Origin: Lophium mytilinum
Lineage: Eukaryota
DNA: 20,000 nucleotides
Reading direction: 5' to 3'
Assembly (NCBI GenBank): GCA_010093605.1
Contig: MU004182.1
Span: 298,231 to 318,230 of the forward strand
Shown: in pieces, positions 10,817-20,000 of the stretch
Numbering within the stretch: position 1 is the stretch's first letter
Layout: every line of letters starts with the position of its first letter
Program-made: the position numbers and the translations under genes
The notes under the pieces: model-generated
Databases searched by the model: none
What the model was told of the DNA's origin: nothing
Seen by the model: the letters and a program-made list of their open reading frames with translations, nothing else

Positions 10817-11552
10817 GAGGGGCACGGCGGTGTTCTGGTGGGTGAAGGCGTAGAGATGGAGGAGGCGGCAATTCTCGAGAGTGACGGGGGGCGAGTCCGG
10901 CGTGGTGCTGTAGAGTAGCGGCGTGGAGGCGGGTGGTGGAGTGGTTGAGTGATCGAGTCGGGCGAGGAATACGGCCCTGGACTATAGATGACATCAACAA
11001 TACAGAGCTTAGGTATCGCGCTTGGCACACACACCCTTCAGAGCACGCCTGAGACACGCTCTCCGACTCTGCGCCGGCTGCATTACAGGTGCCGGGTGGG
11101 CGCGTATCTATCGTTGTTGACCTCGAGCATTGCGCGGCATCAGGAAGCCTGGGGCCAATCAATCTTCCACGAAGCACGCTGACGGCTAGCCATTGCATGT
11201 GCACATTGGCATGGGAACACCTCCTTGCGTCCATCTGCTCGCTATCACCTGCTCGCTATCAACGTACCCAAAGGCCCCTCGCATCCATTCCAGGGCCATT
11301 GTCACCATGACGAACCGCCAGCCTCGCGGGCACAGCCTATACGGGGTCAAGCACACATCAGAGAACCCCAAGGGCTGGTTTGTTATATAAGTTGATCAGT
11401 TACTGTGTATCGCGTCTACTTGATCATGAACAGTAGCACGAGTTATCCTCAGAGTTGCGCAAGACTCTAATATGCCAATATACACGGGTCAAAAGAGGAA
11501 CGCCTGGAGCCCAAATCGGAAAACGGTGAATAGCAGCACATAAATCCCAAGT

Positions 11553-12775
11553 CTACTTTACAAGGATAGGGGCCGATGCCCTGGCCCTTTCCGCGGCCAG
11601 GTCTGCCAGTTTCTGAAGCTTCTCGGTGCGGATTTTGCGCAAGTATCGGAACAGGAGAATGAAAAGCAATTCGACCCTGTTTGCATTGTCAGTATCCCGC
11701 GGCGTGCATATCGGGCCCGTAGGCGGGTTGCATACCTCTCCTTGGTCATCATTAGGAATCCTTGGACTAGTAGTCCTTTCAAGATTTGTGGCCCAATACC
11801 CTTGAAGAGCCCAAGAAGGCCTTCATGTTCAATGATGAAGGACATCACCTCTATGAAACTCTTGAATGGTTTGCCGTCACGCGCTGGCGGTGGTTTCGAC
11901 TGAAGGCCAACCTTGGCCACGATGAGCGGCTGGGTTGCAATCGTTGCCAGTGCTTTCGACATAGACCCTAGAACTACAGAGAGCGTGAGCTAGCGTTAGA
12001 TAATGCAGTGAAGCGGCTTACTGAATGCCTCCCAGGGCCTCAAAGTCGTCTTCCCGGGGTACAATACATCCCGTAGTCGCTGATACGCGCCGTATGTGAT
12101 GGCCGGATTCACGACTAGGACCAAGCTTGCCTTCAACCCCCGCCAGAGGCCTGTCCATCCATCCTCGCTATTCACGACTTCACGACCTGTGGCTATGAGC
12201 CCTTTCCTTTCCAACTTGGATACTGTCTGTTGTCGGGTGGTTACCACGGCCACTGGGATTGTAAAAAGCTGAGCAACGGCTCCCGCGACGGCGCCCAGCG
12301 AGAGCTCAATGGCGGTACTTGGTTTGCCCTGGATCTTCTGCGAAGAGATGTAGAGCGTTCGGACTACCGTATACCAGTAAAAGTATGCAAAGTTCGTGGA
12401 TGCGACTCCGATCAGAGAGCCCGTCAAGCCGGCGTAAAGGCCTGCAACACCATCATCCCTCACAATCTTGTTTATAGCGTCTAGAGTCGAGGTGTAGTGT
12501 TCTCCATCGGCCGGGTTGGTAGGTTCTGCGGAGGGCTTGCGTTTGACTTGTACTTGGAGCCGCGTCTTGACTCTATAGAAGTGTTAGTCTTTGGTCTAGT
12601 TTATAAGCTCGCAGTGTCCTCGACTTCCGAGGGCCATAGGATCTGTCCTTCTCCTAGCTTGATGTACTTACATGTCCAGCGGGTAGACAATGGCATTCGC
12701 CAACACAGCACCAGACGCACCGGCTATAGCACTGCCCCAAGGGGGTAACGGCGCGATCTTGGACTGCCCAGCCAT
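11553..12775 (-). CDS. ANT1: Peroxisomal adenine nucleotide transporter (mitochondrial carrier family), 4 exons
   Basis: MAGQSKIAPLPPWGSAIAGASGAVLANAIVYPLD|..KTRLQVQVK, GVAGLYAGL..STNFAYFYWY, TIPVAVVTTRQQT, LWRGLKASLVLVVNPAITYGAYQRL, ATIATQPLIVAKVGLQS and GLFKGIGPQILKG give three carrier repeats with Ant1-type motifs. The last exon ends ..ASAPILVK with TAG at 11555-11553. Confidence 0.9.
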
Positions 12776-13441
12776 TGTTGCGGCCCGTGAGGAAGCCGTG
12801 CGGAGGAGGGAGGTTGGAGGTAACGGAAGCGGGAGACAATGGTATAGATCGTGGTTAAGTATTCATACCAAGTACTACTGATATGAAGATACGACGGAAC
12901 CAAGCATGTGAGGAAAGCAAGGTGGGAAATTCTAAAAGGGAAGCGGCAACAAGAGGCATGGTTGGAGTGGTGGTTAAGCACTTCCAACCCGCTACAGCCG
13001 AGGCAATGCTCTAACGGAGGTGTCTCTTCATCACGTGCTTGGGAGCAGCTCTTTGAGATTGGAAAGTGGCTTAAGGAAAGTGTACCCTGCCTTTGATTCC
13101 TTCGGACTGCGCGGTACGTACTAATATGTCCAAGTGCTCTAGGAAGACGCGTTTGTGGATAGGTAGTCAGTCAGTTCGTGGCTCTCCAGTAGACAGAAGG
13201 GTCGAAATCAGGTGGCACAGTGGGGAGAGTTTGACAGGTCGGATACGCTAACTCGGGACTCTGGCTTCTAGGTAAAGCGTCATGCGCTAGTATGAAGCAT
13301 AGACCACATTTGGCGAAGTCCGAACGTGAGCCGCAACCACAACACCCATTGGCCTGCTTATGCGAATAACGTTGCTTTCAATGCACACAGTTCCTCGACT
13401 AGCGTTCAACAGGACCTAGCTGATGGGAGAATCGGGTGAGC

Positions 13442-16400
13442 ATGACAGACCGCGCACGGGAGCGGTTGGAGACGCTCGTCGGCGAGGTTAAGGTAGATTA
13501 TTATTCTCAACGTCCATTTCCGTCTATTGATCTAACGTTGACAGAATCAAGAACGCTATCTCGCCACCGCTAGAACCAAGGACGAAGCGCTCAATCATGC
13601 ACGTCTGGCCGCAGAGTTCTCCTTTAGAGCTTTCGAGCTGTCCGCGGAAAAAAACGAAAAGGCTGACCTGAAAGCTAAATTTGAAACATATCTAGATCGG
13701 GCTGAGCGGATCAAAGCAGCAAACTGCTGGCCTCTGTTGACATCCGGCAGCATCTTAGTCAATGACTCCATATCTCCACAGTCAGGCAATGCTTTCGATG
13801 ACCTCTCGAAGGTCGCTGCCAATGAACCGCTACCGCGTGCTTTTGTCAACAAACTTACCATTGGAGAAAATTCGTCTCTCACCAAGACTATCAGTCAGCC
13901 CACTCATGATATACCCATCAGGGCTAGCAGATCATCCTCACCACCGGCATCAAAAGTGGAAGATTCGCCACTTTTGTTGTCTGATCTCTCACTTGAGCCA
14001 AGGTCTTTATCTCTGGAGAAGCTTGACTCAATTCCACCGAACGGCAATGCTTTGACTTATGCGCTATTCGATGTAGAGCATGAGGTAATAGTCAGCAGTC
14101 AAGTCAGCGCACTGCCTTCCGTCCAGCATACCGCGCGCCTAGTAGACCTAAAGCACCAGGGTAATGGCTCCGCGCCTTCCATGGATGTCAAGCCGCTCAA
14201 GGAACCGATTTCAAGCCGGACACTCACCAAAAAAGAACAGATCATCTTACTAAAGGCTTCGAGAGTTAACGGCTTTGTTTTTCCCCCTTGGAAGGAGTCA
14301 CCCGGTCCGTCCGAATTTGTTCTCGAAAATCAGGCTGAACCCTACCTGTAGGTTGCGCTCTCTCTATGTATCACCATTGCCTAACATGTGTAGGGATGCT
14401 GCGGAATTGAAGCTGTCTTCACATCAGATGGACCACTTCCTTTCCTGGGCACGCGCTAAGGATGCACTTCCGCCTCCGTCCTGGTTCCCTGGCGATCGAC
14501 AAAACCTGGTTCCAACTATGCGAGCAAGTCGCTCCGTAGACCTTGTTCAAGATGCTGCCACAGACTGTTCGGTCGTCGCCAGTTTGTGCGCGGGCATAGC
14601 AAGGACAAAACGGGGGCATGATTCGGTCAGTAGTTCCCCCTCGTTTCCAATCTTGGTCTCATACAATACAGGTATTCTACCCGATATTATGGCCGCGCGA
14701 TCAGCCGAGTAAACGGCCTAAGATCTCTCCAAACGGTAAATACATCGTTCGCCTCAATTTCAACGGCTGCTGGAGAAAAGTGATTATTGACGACCGACTT
14801 CCATTGTCAAAAACAAATCGGACCTTGCATGTGGTCGATCGAAAAAATTCTGGGCTCTTGTGGCCTGCCCTCCTTGAGAAGGCTTACCTCAAAGTAAGAG
14901 GAGGCTATGATTTTCCTGGAAGTAATTCTTGTAGTGACCTGTGGGCATTGACCGGATGGATTCCAGAGCAGATCTATCTACAAGAGTAGGTGCGTTTAAT
15001 CAACGTTTATAAAACATTGCTAAAATATACCATAGAGGCGACCTCGTTCCAAGCCAGCTATGGACACGTCTTTATGCTGCCTTCCTTTACGGCGACGTTC
15101 TCGTTACATTAGGCACTGGTAAAATGGCACACCGGGCAGAACGAGAACTGGGCTTAGAAGGCCAGCACAGCTACGTTGTCCTCGATATGAAGGAGACTGA
15201 CCAAGAGAAAGCCTTTCTGGTCAAGAATCCTTGGCTTGATGGGAAAGGCTGGAGAGGCCGTCGCCCGTCATTAGACTTTCTAATGGAAGACTCGTCGCCA
15301 GGTGGGACTTATCCAAGGTCGATAGAAGCAACAAAATCAAACGCAAAGAACAATCCTTACCCCTCAACATTCTGGATTGGTCTGGATAGCGTGGTACAGC
15401 ATTTTGAGAGCTTGTACTTGAATTGGAATACAGGTCTCTTCAGCCATCGACAGGACATCCATTTCTCGTGGGATCTGGCAGAAAGCTCCACTGCGCCTGG
15501 CAGTGTGGCTGACCATCCTCAATTTTCCTTTACTTCTGACGTTGGCGGGATAATTTGGTTGGTTCTAAGCCGCCATTTCCGAGACACAGCTGTAGATGCG
15601 CATGATCAGTCGGACGCTTTCAACGATGGCACGGTCCGCTCTAACCAGGACAAGCCCACCGGTGACGACCCTTTGAAGGGCTACATGAACATTTATATTT
15701 ACGATCGACAAGGCGTGCGGGTGTTTATCAAGGACAATTACATCGAAAGAGGCCAATACGTTAACACGCCTCAGAGCTTACTTCGCTGGCAGTGCGAGCC
15801 AAAATCTACCTACACCCTAGTGATAGACCAGGAAGATTTGCTCCCATCGCTCTACACGTTTACGCTTTCGGCGTTTTCGAGCTCTACAATAAGACTCGAG
15901 CAGGCCTGGAAAAAGTACCCACTCGAGAAGAGGATATCCGGCAGGTGGACAACTGAAACAGCCGGAGGAAATACACATTCCACGAAGTACTTTGACAACC
16001 CACAGTATAGTCTGACGATCGGACACCACACGCCTTTGGCCATTCTAATCCAAACGCGTGACGGCCGCCATCCTGTTCATGTAAAATTGGTCCATGGGCA
16101 CGGAAAGCGTATTCACAGCATTCAAAGCCGAAACATTCTGGTAGATTCTGGAGAACATCGCGACGGCTGTGCTCTGGCCGAAGTACATGACGCTCCTCCA
16201 GGAACCTATACTATCATTTGCTCAATGTTCGAGGCAGACCAAACCGAGGAGTTCTCATTGACCGTATACAGCGTGTCTGAATGTCATATTAGACCTATAC
16301 CTCGGGATGGGGCCGGGATGGTCTCAACAAGGTTGACTGATGCTTGCTTTAACAGTTTGGTCAACAAGGTTGCAGCTCCGCTCGTACCTCGCAGGATCGC

Positions 16401-16752
16401 AGGCCTCACCGTTATCGTCAAGTTTCTTTATGCTAGAACAACCAATACAACGGCAGCGCTAGGAAAAGACGTGAAGAATCGAAGCCCATTGCGGGTATTG
16501 ATTGAAACGGGGAGAGGACCACAGAAGAAAACCGTTGCAAGCAGTGACAATGGTGAATTTAGTGACGCTGGGACGGTCAGAATACAGAGCGTAGATTTGC
16601 GACCGGACATGCTGTACGACGGAGATATCTGGCTGGTTTTAGAGAGGCTCACCACTCCCGGCAGCGCTATTGAAGAGAGGTTTACCGTCGAGGTACTCGC
16701 AGATGCGCCTCAAGCGTTCTCGGCAGGACTTTGGAGAATTTGGGAAGATTGA
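13442..16752 (+). CDS. palB: Calpain-like cysteine protease PalB/Rim13 (ambient pH signalling); exons 13442-13492, 13545-14347, 14394-14625, 14672-14985, 15036-16752
   Basis: N-terminal MIT-like segment (TKDEALNHARLAAE...YLDRAERIK). Catalytic triad motifs QDAATDCSVVASL, GQHSYVV and LVKNPW. Also LNFNGCWRKVIIDDRLP, LWPALLEKAYLK..GGYDFPGSNS, and calpain domain III (GRWTTETAGG..YFDNPQY). The four GT-AG introns keep the reading frame. Confidence 0.93.
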
Positions 16753-16886
16753 GAAGTGAGCGCACGATGTGAGGGAAACGAGCACCTCTAAGGTGCGAAG
16801 GTTTAACGTATAGCGCATAGAACTGCTCCTAGTCGATGTTAATAAACCACCTTAAAACTAGTTCCTATAACCTTTTTAAATGGTAA

Positions 16887-17049
16887 TGTGTTGAGGTAGA
16901 TCGGTGCAGGTATGTGAGCGGCACTTGATGAGTGTTTCCGCCCCTTCACGATTACGGAGGGCAGGGCTCTATCATCTATCATCCCTTCTTCTTTGATATA
17001 ATACAGTTGGAGTTATACTCTCCAACCCTCTCTCTCCTCCAACGCCACA
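16887..17049. mobile_element. Candidate short solo LTR (163 bp), apparently not RIP-mutated
   Basis: Begins TGTG and ends CACA, with GTAA on both sides (16883-16886 and 17050-17053). It retains TG/CA dinucleotides, unlike its TpA-rich flanks. Only one copy is in the window. Confidence 0.45.
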
Positions 17050-17316
17050 GTAAAGGCTAGTTATAGGTCCTCCTAAGGTTTAGTAACAGTTTAGATATAA
17101 TGGTCTAGATTAGTCTATCTAATATAGGGGAACTAGGGTCTACAGTAAGCTTAAGAGTATGTAGATAATTACTAATAATCAATAAGAAGAAAGTAGATAG
17201 TAGAGAGAGGTTAGATTATGGAGAATATACTATTTTAAGGTGTATTAAGTTAGCTTATATATAACCTTATACTATAAAAAGATTTAAGAAAAGAATATAT
17301 AGAGTAATAGATACAC

Positions 17317-17397
<81 letters not shown>

Positions 17398-17424
17398 CAT
17401 AAATAGATAGATAGATAGATAGAT
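17317..17424 (+). repeat. (GATA)n microsatellite, followed by (GTTA)n at about 17431-17450
   Basis: About 108 bp of AGAT/GATA tandem repeat with a few AAAT/ACAT variants, then ttagttagttagttagttag. Confidence 0.95.
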
Positions 17425-17450
17425 ATTTTATTAGTTAGTTAGTTAGTTAG

Positions 17451-17719
17451 TATAAGTTTTATACTAAAATAGGTATTATATCCTTATATATAGTAGGCTT
17501 AAAAGCCTCTAGATAGAAATAGAACTGTAAGTGTTTAAATATAATAGAGTAAGTATTAGATAATATTTATTATAAGAATATTGGAGAAGCATTTTATAAC
17601 GCATTAAATAGTATATATATATAACTGTATTACTATTAGTATAAAATAAGACTTAAGTAATATAAGTTGTATCTATCTCTCTATCTATCTATGCTTAGAC
17701 TAACTCTATATCTTTAATA
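17451..17719. mobile_element. Heavily RIP-mutated, diverged LTR copy, inverted relative to 17917-18173
   Basis: Aligns by eye to the reverse complement of 17917-18173: TATAAG~TGTAAG, TTATATCCTTA, TAGGCTTAAAAGCCT~TAGGCTCAAAAGCCT, TTTTATAACGCATTAAAT~TTTTATAATGCATTAAAT, ACTCTATATCTTTAATA~ACTCTATACCTTTAATA. No clear target-site duplication (GTTAG versus GGAAG). Confidence 0.8.
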
Positions 17720-17916
17720 GGAAGGAATACTAAAATTGTAATTCGACCCGTATTATTATACGGGCGTTTCTTTCCGTCTTATTTAACTTATAAGGCCTAG
17801 ATAAGAGTAAGAATTACATTAATTACTTGTGTATAATGTTATCATTACTAGCGGGTGCCTTTAAAGATATTACTTACTGCTTATAGCTAGAACTATAGAG
17901 TTTTTACGGGTCTTAG

Positions 17917-18173
17917 TATTAAAGGTATAGAGTCGATGGGAGAATAGATAGATAGATAGATAGGAATTGTATTGCATGAGTTTTATTCTATATTGACAGC
18001 AATGGAGTATATATACAGCATTTAATGCATTATAAAACGTTTCTCTAACGTTCTTGTAATGTTATCTAACGTTCGTTGTATCACGTTTAAACGCTCACGG
18101 TTTCGTCCCGTTTAAAGGCTTTTGAGCCTATTATGCGTAAGGATATAACGCTTATGCTATTGTAATCCTTACA
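17917..18173. mobile_element. Solo LTR (257 bp) with 5-bp target-site duplication CTTAG
   Basis: Starts TATTAAAGG (transition-mutated TGTCAAAGG, as in the 19804 copy) and ends CCTTACA. Flanked by CTTAG at 17912-17916 and 18174-18178. Confidence 0.9.
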
Positions 18174-18229
18174 CTTAGTACTGCTAATATTAGGCTTAAT
18201 ATCTATAGATAATAGAATAAATAGAGGAA

Positions 18230-19395
18230 AAATATCTAAAAACTATCTAATATCTAAATTACCTAGAATATAACCTAGGGCTATACCTAGCGCCTATTTT
18301 ACTAGCAACGTAATTATTCTAATAGAAAGATAGAACACCTCTCTACTAGCTACGTTGAAAGCCCTTATATCTACAACCTAATAATACTAGAACTAGAAGG
18401 ACTAGAGGAGTAAGAGTAAAGATAGTAGCGGTTTAGTTAGTAGATAATAAGGGATAATAGCTACGCGGCGTTAAGTTATTAAATATCTTTTATCTATAAA
18501 ATATAGTTAGCCTATTATTAGAAGAATATTACAGGTAATATAAAGGGGCTATTAGTGCCCGGGCTAGCAGCCGTAAGGCGTAGTATATAATAGTAGTAAT
18601 AGTTAGCTCTAGGCCTCTATAGACGCCTAGTAGACTTATAGTAGATAGTAGCTAGCTATTAATAGTAAGTATATATATATACTTTCTATTTATTCCTCTT
18701 AAGTATAGCTATAGAGCTCCGGCTTATAGTACTTCTACGCGCTAAGAATAAATAAAAAGTATATAGTAGCCTTTCTATAATAGTAAGTATATAGCTTTAG
18801 CCTAGCTATCTAGTAGTAAGTATAGAATGCAGCCTTACTACTTTAGCCGGCTAGAGTCTATTATATAGAGAGGAGGATTAATACCTTACTAGTAATACTA
18901 TCTATATAGCCTAAAAAGATAGATATATATTAGTCTATTAAGAGGTAGAGGTAAGCTATAAGATAGGCTTATAGAGTAAATTAGGGGTAGATAGATAGAA
19001 TAAAGTCTAATACAGCTAGATACTATAGAAGCGCTCCGCGTGGAAAATTATAGTAGAATAGCTAGATAGGTAGCTTTATATCTATCTTACTATATATTTA
19101 GCTAGCTAGATATATCTACTTCTAGATAGAATAATGCATTTTAATAGCTTATTCTACAGTAGCTCTTATAGATAGACCTACTATATATCCCCTATAAAAA
19201 AAATATAATAGAGAAGGGCGCTTTACGCTAGATATAATAGAGAATAAGGTTTTTACCTAAATACTACCTAGTAGTAAACAGTTATCCCTTATAAATTAGC
19301 CTAGATAGAATAGCTATATAGACCCTAATAGAAACTATACTAGCGTAATAGAATCTAATAAAAAAAATATAATAGTATTTTTAATAGTTAGCTAG
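18230..19395 (+). pseudogene. RIP-destroyed coding relic of unknown identity
   Basis: Codon-like runs where the stops (TAA/TAG) fit RIP of CAA/CAG/TGG. Examples are 18431-18493 (de-RIPed about VQLVDDEGQQLRGVKLLNVFH), 18714 onward (ELRL..LLRAKN) and 19219 onward (RFTLD..ENKVFT..LP..KQLSL). A possible GTAAGT intron donor lies near 18665. The reconstruction is subjective. Confidence 0.35.
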
Positions 19396-19803
19396 TTAGG
19401 TACTTAATTAGTTAGTTAGATTGTTAATTAACTACTTAGTTAGCTAGTTAGTTACTAATAATAGTAGGTTAGATAGATAGTATAATAGATAGATAGATAT
19501 ATAAAAAGGTTAGAGAATAAAGAGATATATATAATATATCTACTTTATCTTTTAAGGTATTATATATACTTAGAGGGTAAAATAAGTACTTATAATTCTA
19601 ACCTAGATAGTAGATAGAGATATAAATAGAGATAAGTAAGTAGCAAATAAAAATAGAAATTAAATAGAATTAGGTATATTATTATTACTACTATTATTAA
19701 ATTCTATTAAGCTAGTGTAGCTCCTGTTAGGGTCTATATCGCTATTCTATCTAGGCTAATTTATAAGGGAAAACTATTTACTACTAGGTAGAGTTTAGGT
19801 AAA

Positions 19804-20000
19804 TGTCAAAGGTATAGAGTCGATGTGAGAATAGATGGATAGATAGATAGGAATTGTATTGCTTGAGTTCTATTCTACATCGACAGCAATGGAGTATATA
19901 TACAGCATTTAATGCATTATAAAACGTTTCTCTAACGTTCTTGTAACGTTATCTAACGTTTGTTGTATCACGTTCAAACGCTCACGGTTTCGTCCCGTTT
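19804..20000. mobile_element. LTR copy, least mutated, truncated by the window end
   Basis: Starts with canonical TGTCAAAGG. Gives a 197-bp ungapped match to 17917-18113 with about 11 substitutions counted by eye. Preceded by GTAAA. Confidence 0.9.

Larger units (their letters stand above)
16800..20000. mobile_element. RIP-degraded, AT-rich repeat/transposon block
   Basis: Abrupt rise in AT content, strong TpA excess (TAG/CTA/TATA) with loss of CpA/TpG, no ORFs in the supplied track, and embedded LTR copies. Confidence 0.9.

Noticed and set aside
260..16655. Numerous small overlapping or antisense ORFs in the ORF track
   Set aside because: They are shadows or exon fragments of the spliced genes annotated above and have no independent support.
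17317..17450. CRISPR array or telomeric repeat
   Set aside because: Simple 4-mer satellites with no spacers and no (TTAGGG)n array; the context is eukaryotic.
17917..20000. Full-length or TRIM-like LTR retrotransposon bounded by the two direct repeats
   Set aside because: The left copy is flanked on both sides by CTTAG, so it is a self-contained solo LTR. No PBS, PPT or gag/pol remnant was recognised between the copies.

Overview
Filamentous ascomycete (Pezizomycotina-like) genomic DNA with short GT-AG introns. Positions 1-16752 are ordinary gene-rich sequence. In order: a PIF1-family helicase (+); an MDR/zinc-type alcohol dehydrogenase-like reductase (-) divergent from a Zn2Cys6 transcription factor (+); an intron-containing tRNA-Gly(GCC) with an unusual acceptor stem; a frameshifted APH/phosphotransferase-family gene; an oxysterol-binding protein (-); the peroxisomal adenine nucleotide carrier Ant1 (-); and, divergent from it, the calpain-like protease PalB/Rim13 (+). 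From about 16800 to the end of the window is an AT/TpA-rich block with the signature of RIP mutation. It holds three copies of one ~257-bp LTR family at different stages of decay (one a solo LTR with a CTTAG target-site duplication), a candidate second short solo LTR, GATA/GTTA microsatellites and an unidentifiable gene relic. I found no clearly new multi-gene system. The best leads are the atypical tRNA-Gly, the layered LTR/RIP block, a Gal4-type CGG-N11-CCG site between the reductase and the transcription factor, and the Cys-rich insert in the Pif1-like helicase. All calls come from manual reading and translation; no searches were run.
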